Position numbers and translations under genes: made by a program. Source: Thalassotalea sp. (GTDB lineage Bacteria > Pseudomonadota > Gammaproteobacteria > Enterobacterales > Alteromonadaceae). Taken from it: a DNA stretch of 64,000 nucleotides. A model generated the notes under the pieces. It had not been told where the DNA came from. It saw nothing but the letters and a program-made list of their open reading frames with translations, and ran no database searches. Of the stretch, positions 10,314-20,996 are shown piece by piece; the stretch's first letter is position 1, and the number at the start of each line of letters is the position of its first letter. The DNA lies in the NCBI GenBank assembly GCA_029237915.1, contig JAQWHD010000042.1, positions 2,929-66,928 on the forward strand, in the 5' to 3' direction.

Positions 10314-11681
10314 TTATCTAATTTTTCTTAGTAAATTAAATTTAAAGTTAGTATAAGGGGCGAACCGAACCGGTAAGTCTTTTAAGAACGGTCTCTTAAG
10401 TACAGCCTTGTTATTACTAAAGTTGTCGAAGCCCGCTTTACCACTGTATTTACCCATACCACTAGGGCCTGTGCCTCCAAACGGTAGATCTGGTACTGCA
10501 TTAAACATGATCACATCATTAATACACTGACTACCTGAGCTAATGGTATTTACCCAGTCTTGCTGTTGAGCTTTGTCTTTGGTGAAAAGATAAGAAGCTA
10601 AAGGTTTTTCTCTAGCGATAACAAATTGTTTAGCACTTTGGTAATTATCAACAGTGATAATTGGGAATATGGCGCCGAATATCTCCTCGGTCATCACTTT
10701 ACTATCAAGCTCTGGATTGACGATAATGGTAGGTTCAAAGTATTTGTTTTCGATATCAAAAGTGCCACCGTGAACAATTTCGCCACTGTCTAAATACTTA
10801 GATAGGCGCTCGGTATGGCGTTGATTAACTATACGTCCATAGCTATCACTTTGCTTAGGATCTGTGCCAAACATAGTTTTAATTTGCGCTTTTAATTCTT
10901 TTACTAGCGGCGCAACCATAGCTTTAGTTGTTAAAATATAATCGGGCGCAATACAGGTTTGTCCTGCATTCATCCATTTACCCCATGCCAATCGTTGTGC
11001 TGTTATTTCAAGGTTACATGAGTGGTCAACAAATACCGGACTTTTGCCACCTAGCTCCAACGTTACCGGGGTTAAATGTTTTGCAGCTGCAGTCATCACA
11101 ATTTTGCCAACCATACCATTACCAGTATACATAATATGGTCAAAAGGTAATTCAAGTAGGGCGGTGGTTTCAGCAACAGCACCTTCAACAACGCTAAATG
11201 CATTGTTATCTAAATATTGCGGTACTAACTTGGCAATAATACTTGATACTGCAGGGGACACTTCTGAAGGTTTGATTATGGCGCAATTACCTGCCGATAT
11301 AACCGCGACAAGTGGGGCCAAGACTAATTGTACAGGGTAATTCCAAGCCCCCATAATTAACACGCTACCTTGTGGTTCAGGCTTAATAAAAGATTTACCT
11401 GGCATAACTACAATTGGTGTTGATACTTTAACTGGCTTTGACCATTTTTTAATGCGCTTGAGTACGTGATCAACATCACCGGTTATATAGGATAATTCGG
11501 TGATCCATGATTCGAGTGCTGGCTTGCCAAGATCTTGCTTTAGAGCGTCTAAAAGGGCTTGTTCATTTTCAACAACTAATTTTTTAATTTGTTTTAATTG
11601 TTGGATACGCCAAGCTAAGTCGCGCGTGATGTTGCTGTTAAAATATTGTTTTTGCTTGTCTAATAGCTGTTGAAAGTTCAA
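10314..11681 (-). CDS. NAD(P)-dependent aldehyde dehydrogenase (class 3/fatty or coniferyl aldehyde type)
   Basis: GAWNYP, YTGNGMVG, catalytic LELGGKSP and AGQTCIAPD, EEIFG, PFGGTGPSGMG. Confidence 0.93.
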   Translation of the reverse strand: MNFQQLLDKQKQYFNSNITRDLAWRIQQLKQIKKLVVENEQALLDALKQDLGKPALESWITELSYITGDVDHVLKRIKKWSKPVKVSTPIVVMPGKSFIKPEPQGSVLIMGAWNYPVQLVLAPLVAVISAGNCAIIKPSEVSPAVSSIIAKLVPQYLDNNAFSVVEGAVAETTALLELPFDHIMYTGNGMVGKIVMTAAAKHLTPVTLELGGKSPVFVDHSCNLEITAQRLAWGKWMNAGQTCIAPDYILTTKAMVAPLVKELKAQIKTMFGTDPKQSDSYGRIVNQRHTERLSKYLDSGEIVHGGTFDIENKYFEPTIIVNPELDSKVMTEEIFGAIFPIITVDNYQSAKQFVIAREKPLASYLFTKDKAQQQDWVNTISSGSQCINDVIMFNAVPDLPFGGTGPSGMGKYSGKAGFDNFSNNKAVLKRPFLKDLPVRFAPYTNFKFNLLRKIR

Positions 11682-11736
11682 AGCGGTTCCCTAAGTTTAT
11701 TAGCCTACTCGACAGTAGTAATAAACCTACCGTCTT

Positions 11737-12396
11737 TTATTGTCGTTTTAACCCCATCATATAACCTAATTGACGTTTAACCAAGCGTTCTATGTCTTCA
11801 ATATTTACTTCCTCTTTAGGTACAGATAAATATTTATACTCAATTCTGGTTAACGCTATCATGCCAAGTTCGGCATCAATTTCTGGGTCTACCTTATTAA
11901 AATAACGAGCTAATTTGGTAAATGGTGTAACTATGCCTGAGATATGCTTTTCTGCTAGGTCTTTGATTTCGTCTGAATATAGTGTCTCTGTTAAAAACAC
12001 TTGTTCAACGGCGAGTAAAGTCGAGTTGTGAATTATATTATTGTATAAATGTTTTGCTGAAACTCTACTTAATTGCTCACAAATATCTTCTTTGACAGAT
12101 GCCTTACGAAGTGATGTTGCATTATAAGAGTCTAATAGTTGGAAAGCCGCCTGCCATGCATTAGTACTACCCGCCAAAAATCGAGACGAACTAAGGCTTA
12201 TAGCTTCTTTTACTAACTCTTTTATGTCTTTAAAGTAATAAGTAGTTAAGGAAAGCTGGGTGTCGGCTTGCAGTGCAACCGCTCTATGAGTTGTGCCTTT
12301 AACGCCCAATTTAGCGATTACTTCAATTGCCGCTTCTAGAATTTTATTACGGGTTTGCTCACCTTTAGCACGACGATTGATATTAGTTACTGACAT
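11737..12396 (-). CDS. TetR family transcriptional regulator
   Basis: N-terminal HTH TRNKILEAAIEVIAKLGVKGTTHRAVA..TTYYF. Confidence 0.9.
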   Translation of the reverse strand: MSVTNINRRAKGEQTRNKILEAAIEVIAKLGVKGTTHRAVALQADTQLSLTTYYFKDIKELVKEAISLSSSRFLAGSTNAWQAAFQLLDSYNATSLRKASVKEDICEQLSRVSAKHLYNNIIHNSTLLAVEQVFLTETLYSDEIKDLAEKHISGIVTPFTKLARYFNKVDPEIDAELGMIALTRIEYKYLSVPKEEVNIEDIERLVKRQLGYMMGLKRQ

Positions 12397-12828
12397 ACAC
12401 TACCTGTGATATTTGTTAACGTAAGTTAATAAAGTTGCTTATGGGCTATAACTTAATTGTAATCACAACAAAGTGCAACTCATTTTAAAGACTCTAAAGT
12501 CTAATATCGTAAGCTAAAAATTACACTATTTCATAACGGCATAAGATATTTCAGAAAGTGTTAAGAGATTGATTTCAAGTTATAATCTAATACCATATAC
12601 CAGCAAATACTTTCTTTAGTATGTTGTACAATGGTGCAATTATCTTGTTGTCACATCTGTTTAAATAACTCTATTTAGTCGCATAGATAGCAGCCATTCT
12701 TTATCTGTTGCATATACAATGTTCAATGTTGTTTTACATCAACTTAGGGTTAACTAGGGGGATAATGGCTCGATAATTTAATAATAACCGTGTAAAATTC
12801 TCACAAATTACAGCTTCAGGTTGCTTTC

Positions 12829-13590
12829 GTGCCATATTCAACATTACTAACTCCTATCCTTAGCTTTCTTCAATGCCAAACTCCAGATGCCTGGATTGAT
12901 GAAGCAAGAAAACCGGAAAACTTACAGTTAATTCTTACTGATCACTTGTTATGTGAGCTTAAAGCGGCACAAAGTGGTATGTTTTTGATCCGTAAATACG
13001 CAGTAGATAAAGACAGTAGCGATGCTTTGCTGGCTCTATTTAAGCCATTTGAAGAGTTTGTCTATAAAAAGCAAGGTAGCCTGCAAGACCTACTTAAGGC
13101 CAATAACTTAACTAAAGCTATCGTGCCTAAAAGTGACTCTAAGTACGGCCAAGAGTTAATTGATAAAATGGTATTACTTATCAAAGAAGAGTTACACCAC
13201 TTTAATCAAGTTTTGGAAATAATGACCAATCGTAATATTCCTTACAGCAATATTAGGGCAGGTCGGTACGCCAAAAGCATGCTCAAACATGTGAAAACAT
13301 TTGAGCCTGACGCGCTCATTGATAAACTTATTATCGGTGCTTATATTGAAGCCAGATCTTGCGAGCGTTTTGCTAAATTAGCACCACACTTAGACGATGA
13401 GTTAAATAAATTTTATATTTCATTACTGCGCTCAGAAGCAAGGCATTATGAAGATTATCTCACCTTAGCAACTGAAATTGCGGGTGGCGATATTAGCGAG
13501 CGAGTTAAATACTTTGGTAAAGTAGAGGCTGATCTGATTTTATCAAGTGATGAAGATTTTAAATTTCACAGTGGTCATCCGGCTAAGTAG
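12829..13590 (+). CDS. miaE: tRNA-(ms2io6A)-hydroxylase MiaE
   Basis: DHLLCELKAAQ, KEELHHF, IEARSCERF, SEARHYEDY di-iron motifs. Confidence 0.93.
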   Translation: MPYSTLLTPILSFLQCQTPDAWIDEARKPENLQLILTDHLLCELKAAQSGMFLIRKYAVDKDSSDALLALFKPFEEFVYKKQGSLQDLLKANNLTKAIVPKSDSKYGQELIDKMVLLIKEELHHFNQVLEIMTNRNIPYSNIRAGRYAKSMLKHVKTFEPDALIDKLIIGAYIEARSCERFAKLAPHLDDELNKFYISLLRSEARHYEDYLTLATEIAGGDISERVKYFGKVEADLILSSDEDFKFHSGHPAK

Positions 13591-13594
13591 TAAT

Positions 13595-13618
13595 TGTGCC
13601 CAGTAGAGACTGGGCACA
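13595..13618. terminator. Hairpin between convergent miaE and DUF1080 genes
   Basis: tgtgcccagt-agag-actgggcaca perfect 10-bp stem. Confidence 0.65.
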
Positions 13619-13646
13619 GAATACTTTCAAACTGACTATATTGGTT

Positions 13647-14483
13647 TTAATGTGTCACAGACGTCGCATATGTTGATGCCGGGGTGTCGAGTGTACGAAT
13701 TAATATATTGCGATAAAAAACTTCGGCACCTTCCGATTGAATTTGTATTTTACCTTTATCAAGCTTAGTGAACTTACCGTCGACTTTTTGTCTAGAGTTT
13801 GAGGCTCTAAAAACTTCGTGGCCGTTGACTATATGGATCAAGGTATCAGCGTCGGCAATTATTTCCATAGTATCCCACTCGCCGCTAGGGTTTTCATGTA
13901 AGCCTTGCTTTAATACTCTTGAGGAAATATTTTTTCGCAGTGGTAATGTTGGGTCATAGCGATAAAACTTCCAATTACCTTGCTGTGCCTCACCTGATTT
14001 TACATCGATAACTGCACCATCCAAACTATGATAGTCACCACTATCACCTTCTTGTAATTGGAATTCATGGCTGCGCATCCAATGTTCGCTTTGTGCCCCA
14101 TGTGGGCCAACTGCGTAATATAATATACCGCTATCTCGGACGACATCTTGTCGAGGAAACCACTTTTTCTTTCCCCACTTAATATCGAATTTTAAATGAA
14201 AGTTTGCAAATTCAGCCTCTGTGGTAATTGCTCCCCATTCTTCACCTGAGATACGTATTAAGCCATCGATGACAGAAAATACTTGCTTAGGGTCGTTGTT
14301 TACCCCTCGTGGTGTATGAATAGATTTTAAATTGTGTTTGTTAGACTCAGGTTGAAAACTAACGTATTTTTGCCAACCTTTGAGATCTTCACCATTGAAT
14401 AGACTACGCCATTGATTATCATTTTCAGCAAAGCTAAATTGACAAAATAATACGCTGAATAAAATGCAAGATTTGAACTTCAC
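13647..14483 (-). CDS. Secreted DUF1080 (3-keto-disaccharide hydrolase-like) protein
   Basis: Signal peptide; WRSLFNGEDLKGW, RDSGILY, HEFQLQEG..GD, GKIQIQSEGAEVFYRNI. Confidence 0.85.
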   Translation of the reverse strand: MKFKSCILFSVLFCQFSFAENDNQWRSLFNGEDLKGWQKYVSFQPESNKHNLKSIHTPRGVNNDPKQVFSVIDGLIRISGEEWGAITTEAEFANFHLKFDIKWGKKKWFPRQDVVRDSGILYYAVGPHGAQSEHWMRSHEFQLQEGDSGDYHSLDGAVIDVKSGEAQQGNWKFYRYDPTLPLRKNISSRVLKQGLHENPSGEWDTMEIIADADTLIHIVNGHEVFRASNSRQKVDGKFTKLDKGKIQIQSEGAEVFYRNILIRTLDTPASTYATSVTH

Positions 14484-14718
14484 TAGCTTAGGTTCCCTTT
14501 CATATTTATGATTAAAAACAGGTAAATACCGAATTAGACTGATCAGTTTACAAGTCAGCTAATAAATATTCAATGCTAGTATTTTGCTATTGTTATTTCA
14601 TCCTGGTATTTATATCTTGCGGCTTTATCTTATAACAATTTTATTCATTAATTGCCCTCTCAATGACAGTGAAAAGGTTTGTGGAGTTGGCAGCTAAAGG
14701 CCAGCTTTAAATGTTATT

Positions 14719-14752
14719 AAAAATGCCAGGCTATGAATATAGGCTGGCATTC
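14719..14752 (-). terminator. Terminator after the zapA-like gene
   Basis: Minus strand aatgccagcctat-attc-atagcctggcatt followed by a T run. Confidence 0.7.
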
Positions 14753-14775
14753 TTGTTGAGCTTAAACGTGATGAT

Positions 14776-15051
14776 TTATTTTTGTACTTGTTGCTCAAGT
14801 ATCGCATTTAACATATTTAATTTAAACTGCATGCGTTGCTCGGTAGTATTTGCAACCGTTAGCTTATAGCTTAAATTTAGCGCTAACTTCAAGACACTAT
14901 TCATTAAACTGGCCGTTGGGTTTTTAGCGTGTATTTCAGTGAGTTGTTTATTTAAAAATTTAGCTGATTGCAATAAACTTTCTTTTTCAGTAGGTAAACA
15001 ATTTACAGTAAACTTTCTATCGAGGAGGGTTATCTCCACTGGTGTTTGCAT
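14776..15051 (-). CDS. zapA: ZapA-like cell division protein (divergent)
   Basis: VEITLLDRKFTVNC.....SLLQSAKFLNKQL....LALNLSY resembles the ZapA pattern; 91 aa. Confidence 0.7.
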   Translation of the reverse strand: MQTPVEITLLDRKFTVNCLPTEKESLLQSAKFLNKQLTEIHAKNPTASLMNSVLKLALNLSYKLTVANTTEQRMQFKLNMLNAILEQQVQK

Positions 15052-15293
15052 TATTGAGCCGGTTGTAGTCGAGTTAATAACTCATTTACTTTGTCTATTA
15101 CAGCTGTTTGCTTCTCTTCTTGCTCTAAAGCCTCTAACTGTAGAGACTCATTTTCTTCTTTTAAAGAATTCAAAGTTTGTTGAAGATCATCGTATTGAGT
15201 TTGTAGCTGCTCATTTTTTTGTTCTACAAGTGTGTTTTTTTCAATTAATTGTTCGGTAAACTGCGATAATTTATTTAATGCTGCATCTAACAT
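15051..15293 (-). CDS. Small coiled-coil protein, ZapB-like
   Basis: 80 aa from ATG 15293; continuous heptad pattern; stop overlaps the zapA-like start. Confidence 0.65.
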   Translation of the reverse strand: MLDAALNKLSQFTEQLIEKNTLVEQKNEQLQTQYDDLQQTLNSLKEENESLQLEALEQEEKQTAVIDKVNELLTRLQPAQ

Positions 15294-15646
15294 GGGAAGA
15301 GTCCTTTGGATAAAAAAAATGATTCTAATTAGATTTATTTGCAACTGCTAGTGAATGCACAATTTGTAATACTTTTTTACTCATACCTTTAATAACTGGT
15401 TGATTTATAACTTTTTATGCTTTAAATATGAGCGCAAATGAATATGCTCATGTTGGTTCCTTTAAATGTTCTGCACTAAAATAATTACAAAATTAAGGGT
15501 CATTACAATCATTAGTCTGTTTTCGATTTGACCAATACGGAAATTACTAACTATTCTTTATGGTTAATTAAGTTTACTGATTAATCTTTATAACTTATTA
15601 ATTATTAAAAATAATATTAAATAAATAGTCATAACAGGGATAAAAT

Positions 15647-17527
15647 ATGAAAACCTATCTACCTAGCTTGCTCGTTGTCGGCTTGTTAACTGCATGCAGC
15701 TCTGAAAATAATGCTCCAACTGACAGTGTTAAAGCTGAACAAGTTAATAATCAACAGCAATCTAAATCACAGCTATCTGAATCAGAACGTTTAAATCAAT
15801 GGTTCGCTGCGCAATACGAAAAACAATTACAATTAAGTCCAATTTATTTAACGTTTCTTGGTAGAAAGGATCAGTACGACAAAATAGATGATGTCTCTGC
15901 CGAGGAAGAGCAGCGCCAGTTTGAGTTAGCAGGGCAAGCAGTTGCCGAATTAAAGGCAAGTTTTGATTATCAAAAGTTAACCGATGAAGCAAAAGTTTCT
16001 TATGATATTTGGGTGTATCAGTATGAGCAATCAGTTGCTGGCCAACCATTTAAAGATAATGCCTACATATTTACGCAAATGCAGGGTATACAGTCATTTG
16101 TAGCACAATTTTTAATTAACTTTCATAAGGTAGATACTGAGTCGGATATGCTTGCCTACAACAAGCGAATTGGTGGTATATCTGAGGCTATATCAACTCT
16201 GCTTACGCGAGTACAATTGCAATCTAAAAAAGGCATTCGCGCCCCTCGTTTTGCTTATGAAGGGGTTATTGAGCAAGCCACTAATTTAATTACCGGCAAG
16301 CCGTTTACTGATGCAGAGCAAGACTCTGCTTTATGGGCTGATGCCAAACGCAAAGTAGCAGCATTAGTTGCAGCTGGCACCATTGAACAAAGCAAAGCTG
16401 ATTCATTATTAGCTGCAAGCAAACAAGCATTACTGACCAGCTTTTACCCTACTTACCAATCTTTAGTTACTTGGTTTGAGAGTGATATTAGTAATACCGA
16501 TAAAATAGCTAAAGGCGTTGCATCTCAACCTAATGGTAAAGATTTTTATAACTATCGTTTACTCTCATCGACTACAACCGATTTAACAGCAGAGCAAATT
16601 CATCAGATTGGCTTAGATGAAGTCGCACGCTTAACTAGTGAAATGCAAGCGATTAAAACTAAGGTTGGTTTTAAAGGTACGCTAAAAGAATTTTTTAAAT
16701 TTATAAAAGACGATGACCAATTTTACTACCCAAATACGGATGAAGGGCGTCAAGGTTATATCACTGATACTGATACTTACTTAGCATTTATTAATGAACA
16801 GCTGCCTAAGTATTTTGGTATTTTACCAAAAGCTGATTTAGTGGTTAAACGCGTAGAAGCATTTCGCGAGCAAGATGGAGCAGCACAACATTATCACCCT
16901 GGCACAGCAGATGGTTCAAGACCCGGCGTTTATTATGCACATTTATCAGATATGAGATCTATGCCTAAAAATGAAATGGAAGCAATTGCGTATCATGAAG
17001 GTAACCCTGGACATCATATGCAGGTTTCCATTGCGCAAGAATTAACTTCTGTACCATTGTTTAGAACACAGGCCAGTTTTACTGCTTATTCGGAAGGTTG
17101 GGGGTTATATTCTGAATTACTCGCCAAAGAGATGGGGGCATATAAAAGTGATTATTCAGACTTTGGCCGTTTAATTACTGAGATCTGGCGAGCTGTTCGG
17201 TTAGTAGTTGATACCGGCCTACATTCAAAGGGCTGGACTGAAGATCAAGCAATTGCTTATTTTAAAGAGAAAACCCCTATTGCTGAAGAAGCCGTTGTTT
17301 CAGAAGTTAGACGTTATTTGGTGATGCCAGGACAAGCAACTGCATATAAGATTGGTATGTTGAAAATACTTGAATTACGTAGCAATGCACAAAAGGAGCT
17401 AGGTGATAAGTTTGATATTAAAGGCTTTCACGATACCATTTTAGGAGGCGGTGCTATGCCTCTAGCTATTTTAGAACGCCGTGTTGATACTTGGGTTGCT
17501 CAGCAAAATAGAAGCGATAAACTTTAA
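15647..17527 (+). CDS. DUF885 family lipoprotein (putative metallopeptidase)
   Basis: Lipobox LLTAC; YHEGNPGHH, TAYSEGWGLYSE, WRAVRLVVDTGLH, PGQATAYKIG. Confidence 0.9.
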   Translation: MKTYLPSLLVVGLLTACSSENNAPTDSVKAEQVNNQQQSKSQLSESERLNQWFAAQYEKQLQLSPIYLTFLGRKDQYDKIDDVSAEEEQRQFELAGQAVAELKASFDYQKLTDEAKVSYDIWVYQYEQSVAGQPFKDNAYIFTQMQGIQSFVAQFLINFHKVDTESDMLAYNKRIGGISEAISTLLTRVQLQSKKGIRAPRFAYEGVIEQATNLITGKPFTDAEQDSALWADAKRKVAALVAAGTIEQSKADSLLAASKQALLTSFYPTYQSLVTWFESDISNTDKIAKGVASQPNGKDFYNYRLLSSTTTDLTAEQIHQIGLDEVARLTSEMQAIKTKVGFKGTLKEFFKFIKDDDQFYYPNTDEGRQGYITDTDTYLAFINEQLPKYFGILPKADLVVKRVEAFREQDGAAQHYHPGTADGSRPGVYYAHLSDMRSMPKNEMEAIAYHEGNPGHHMQVSIAQELTSVPLFRTQASFTAYSEGWGLYSELLAKEMGAYKSDYSDFGRLITEIWRAVRLVVDTGLHSKGWTEDQAIAYFKEKTPIAEEAVVSEVRRYLVMPGQATAYKIGMLKILELRSNAQKELGDKFDIKGFHDTILGGGAMPLAILERRVDTWVAQQNRSDKL

Positions 17528-17536
17528 TTTGATAGG

Positions 17537-17576
17537 CAAACAAAGCAACTAAATAGGTTGCTTTGTTTGTATTTTT
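17537..17576. terminator. Terminator between DUF885 and EF-hand genes
   Basis: caaacaaagcaac-taaatag-gttgctttgtttg 13-bp stem. Confidence 0.75.
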
Positions 17577-17619
17577 AGTCAAACAAGAGTTTATAAACTC
17601 CTTGCTAAAAGACGACGTG

Positions 17620-17895
17620 CTATTTTTTCTTTTTACTAGCTAAAAATTCTTCTAAACTAATAACTGCATCGCCATTAGTATTTAAACGCCTGAAGTTGTT
17701 CTCTACTCTCTCATCGGTCAATTCTTTGCCTCGACTTTTGAATCCAGGAGCAAGTAGTTTTTTATACTCAGCTTTGTCTAAAGAGCCATCAGCATTTTTA
17801 TCAAAAGACTTAAAATAGTTCTCTGGTCCTGCCGTTGCAGTTAAGCTCATTGCGCTCAAGGCTAAAACTAAACTCGTTGTTATTAATTTTTTCAT
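17620..17895 (-). CDS. Secreted small EF-hand protein
   Basis: Signal peptide MKKLITTSLVLALSAMSLTATA; loops DKNADGSLDKAE and NTNGDAVISLEE. Confidence 0.8.
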   Translation of the reverse strand: MKKLITTSLVLALSAMSLTATAGPENYFKSFDKNADGSLDKAEYKKLLAPGFKSRGKELTDERVENNFRRLNTNGDAVISLEEFLASKKKK

Positions 17896-18031
17896 GTTAT
17901 CCCCAGTGTTTTTACTTATAGTTATACTTTGTTTTAATAAATTAAACCGTAGTGATATCGTTGTCAATATTTTCTTCGCACATTTAATTAATTGCAGTGC
18001 ACCATTGGAATGAATTGTTAACGATAAATAA

Positions 18032-18760
18032 TTAGGGTTGGAAAGCTTGGTTTAACAGCTCAAAGCCATCTTCGCTAACTTTTAACCAAGCACCTTGCTC
18101 ATACCAGTCACCTAGTACGATTCGAGTCGCCGCTTTACCATTAGCTTGCAGTTGATGAACTGCCGGTCTGTGGGTGTGACCGTGGATCATTAACTGTGAA
18201 TTTACTTGCTCTAGCTCTTTAACTACTTCACTAGGGGTTACGTCCATGATCTCTTGGTCTTGACTTGGACCTCGAGCTTCCGCTTTCTCACGATAATTAC
18301 TCGCCATCTTTCTACGAGTTTTTAACGGTAAGCTCTTAATGATGAATTGCCACCACCAACTGCGCGATTTTTTACGGAACTTCTGATATTGCAAATCACG
18401 GGTACACAATGAATCGCCATGCATAATTAATGTTGGCGTGCCGTATAAATCAATAACCTGAGTGTCAGGTAATAAGGTCATGCCCGCTTTTTTAGCGTAT
18501 TTTTTACCAATAAGAAAGTCACGATTACCAACGATAAAAAATATTTTCGTGCCAGTATCAGCTAATGCTTTTAATTCATTGGCTATATTAAGGACAAAAG
18601 GGTTGTCATCATCATCACCAATCCAATACTCGAAAAAATCGCCAAGGATATAGAGCTTTTCAGCTTTTGGTGCCTCATGATGCAAAAAACTCAGAAAACA
18701 ATCTGTAATATCAGATCGCTCCTGAGTTAAATGTAAATCTGCAATAAAATAAGTAAGCAA
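18032..18760 (-). CDS. lpxH: UDP-2,3-diacylglucosamine hydrolase
   Basis: FIADLHL, GDFFEYWIGDD, GNRDFL, HGD, HGHTHRP, LGDW; downstream of ppiB. Confidence 0.96.
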   Translation of the reverse strand: MLTYFIADLHLTQERSDITDCFLSFLHHEAPKAEKLYILGDFFEYWIGDDDDNPFVLNIANELKALADTGTKIFFIVGNRDFLIGKKYAKKAGMTLLPDTQVIDLYGTPTLIMHGDSLCTRDLQYQKFRKKSRSWWWQFIIKSLPLKTRRKMASNYREKAEARGPSQDQEIMDVTPSEVVKELEQVNSQLMIHGHTHRPAVHQLQANGKAATRIVLGDWYEQGAWLKVSEDGFELLNQAFQP

Positions 18761-19261
18761 TTAAGCTACCTCAACAGACTCAACAATAATGTCTTCTAGT
18801 GGTACATCATCGTGATGACCATTACGACCTGTAGGTGCAAGTGTCATTTTATCAACAACGTCCATGCCATCTACAACTTTACCAAATACACAGTAGCCCC
18901 AGCCTTGTACTGATTCACTTGTGAAATCTAAAAAGGTGTTATCAACAAGGTTAATGAAAAATTGTGCAGAAGCTGAATGCGGGTCTTGTGTACGCGCCAT
19001 AGCTAATGTACCACGAGTGTTACTTACACCGTTATTTGCTTCATTTTTAATTGCTGCACGAGATGTTTTCTCAACCATGGTTTTACCCATTTTTTCAAAA
19101 CCACCACCTTGCGCCATAAAACCTTTGATTATACGGTGAAAAATAGTGTCTACGTAGTAGCCATCTTCACAGTAGCTTTTAAAGTTTGCTGCAGTTACTG
19201 GTGCGTTATCAAAATCTAATTCAATTTTGATGTCGCCTAAGTTTGTTTTGAATGTGATCAT
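18761..19261 (-). CDS. ppiB: Peptidyl-prolyl cis-trans isomerase B (cyclophilin)
   Basis: [33 protein letters not shown]; ppiB-lpxH divergent from cysS. Confidence 0.96.
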   Translation of the reverse strand: MITFKTNLGDIKIELDFDNAPVTAANFKSYCEDGYYVDTIFHRIIKGFMAQGGGFEKMGKTMVEKTSRAAIKNEANNGVSNTRGTLAMARTQDPHSASAQFFINLVDNTFLDFTSESVQGWGYCVFGKVVDGMDVVDKMTLAPTGRNGHHDDVPLEDIIVESVEVA

Positions 19262-19500
19262 TTTTTGTTTCCTAGGTTATTTGCTCGAAGGCATTTATGG
19301 CATGAATTGTAACGCAGTGAGAATATCTGTAAAGGGTAAAAGTGGTTAGAAAAGTTAAACTAAGGCTTTTATCGGTTACATTTAGGTTAAATTCAACAAA
19401 TTCTTATCGGTTTTGTCGCTCATTTCTAGTTTATGTAAATTAGTTCGGGTACAATTGCGACCTATTCAATCCCCATTTTTAATTATCATCGAGAGTACGA

Positions 19501-20877
19501 ATGTTACAAATATACAATACCTTAACCCGTCAAAAGGAAGAGTTTAAACCAATTAACCCAGGTAAAGTTGGCATGTATGTTTGTGGTATCACCACTTATG
19601 ATTTATGTCATATAGGTCATGCGCGTACTTACGTCGCCTTTGATGTTATCTCTCGTTATATTCGCCACTTGGGTTATGAGTTAACTCATGTACGTAATAT
19701 TACGGATGTCGACGACAAAATAATTAAACGTGCAGCAGAAAATAACGAATCTTTTGAACAGTTAACTGAGCGCATGATAGCAGAGATGTATGCCGACTTA
19801 GATGCGTTAAACATTGAACGTCCAGATATCGACCCACGTGTTTCAACACACATGGCAGAAATTATCGAGATGACTGAAAAAATCATTGCCAATGGTCACG
19901 CCTACGTAGCCAGCAACGGTGATGTAATGTTTGATGTACCTTCTTATGAAGATTACGGTAAATTAAGCATGCAAAATCTTGATATGTTGCAAGCAGGCTC
20001 GCGTGTTGATGTTGATGAAGCTAAACGCAGCCCAATGGACTTTGTGTTGTGGAAAACAGCAAAACCAGGTGAGCCGTCTTGGTCATCGCCATGGGGCGAG
20101 GGCAGACCAGGCTGGCATATCGAATGTTCAGCAATGAACTCAAAACATTTAGGTGAGCATTTTGATATTCATGGTGGCGGTAGTGATTTACAGTTCCCGC
20201 ATCATGAAAATGAAATCGCACAATCTTGTTGTGCATCAAAAACTCAGTATGTAAATTACTGGATGCACGGCGGCATGGTACAAATTAATAAAGAGAAGAT
20301 GTCTAAATCATTAAACAACTTCTTTACTCTGCGCAGTGTACTTGAAACTTACGATGCCGAATCTGTTCGCTATTTCCTAGTTTCTAGCCATTACCGTAGC
20401 CAGTTAAACTACTCGCAGGAAAATCTTGATCAAGCGCGCTCATCAATCGAACGTATTTATACTTCATTGCGTGATGTTACACCTATTGAAGTTGAACTTG
20501 CTGGTAATGAATACGTACAACGCTTCGAAAAAGCCATGAATGATGATTTCAATACGCCAGAAGCATTACCGGTATTATTTGAACTATCAAAAGAAGTAAA
20601 TCGTTTAAAAGCGACAGATATGGAACAAGCAGGGCAGTTAGCTTATATCTTAAAAACATTAGGTGCGGTAATTGGTATCGCGCAAACCGAGCCTGAAGAT
20701 TTCTTCAAAGCCGGTAGCGATGATGACGCCGAGTTAATTGAACAATTAATTGAACAACGTAACACAGCCCGTACTAATAAAGACTGGGCTATGGCTGATG
20801 ATGCCCGTGACAAACTTAAAGCGATGAATGTTGTCCTTGAAGACAGCGCCGGTAAAACCACTTGGCGCAAAGGCTAA
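19501..20877 (+). CDS. cysS: Cysteine--tRNA ligase
   Basis: [15 protein letters not shown] (HIGH), [17 protein letters not shown]. Confidence 0.98.
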   Translation: MLQIYNTLTRQKEEFKPINPGKVGMYVCGITTYDLCHIGHARTYVAFDVISRYIRHLGYELTHVRNITDVDDKIIKRAAENNESFEQLTERMIAEMYADLDALNIERPDIDPRVSTHMAEIIEMTEKIIANGHAYVASNGDVMFDVPSYEDYGKLSMQNLDMLQAGSRVDVDEAKRSPMDFVLWKTAKPGEPSWSSPWGEGRPGWHIECSAMNSKHLGEHFDIHGGGSDLQFPHHENEIAQSCCASKTQYVNYWMHGGMVQINKEKMSKSLNNFFTLRSVLETYDAESVRYFLVSSHYRSQLNYSQENLDQARSSIERIYTSLRDVTPIEVELAGNEYVQRFEKAMNDDFNTPEALPVLFELSKEVNRLKATDMEQAGQLAYILKTLGAVIGIAQTEPEDFFKAGSDDDAELIEQLIEQRNTARTNKDWAMADDARDKLKAMNVVLEDSAGKTTWRKG

Positions 20878-20963
20878 CTTATACCATTTAAAATCAAGGG
20901 GGTCAGATCAACTTGAAACTCTCTCGCTATTTTAGAGTCATTTTTAATTAAAAAATAAGCATT

Positions 20964-20996
20964 AAAAAAAGGCAATACTTTATGTATTGCCTTTTT
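20964..20996. terminator. Bidirectional terminator between cysS and folD
   Basis: aaaaaaaggcaatac-tttat-gtattgcctttt. Confidence 0.85.

Noticed and set aside
14500-14775. 6S RNA expected after zapA
   Set aside because: A terminator follows within about 25 nt, and no 6S-like long bulged hairpin is visible.
20881-20930. atacca...ggggtcagatcaacttga after cysS as a mobile-element end
   Set aside because: No partner end or second copy in the window; too short to support.
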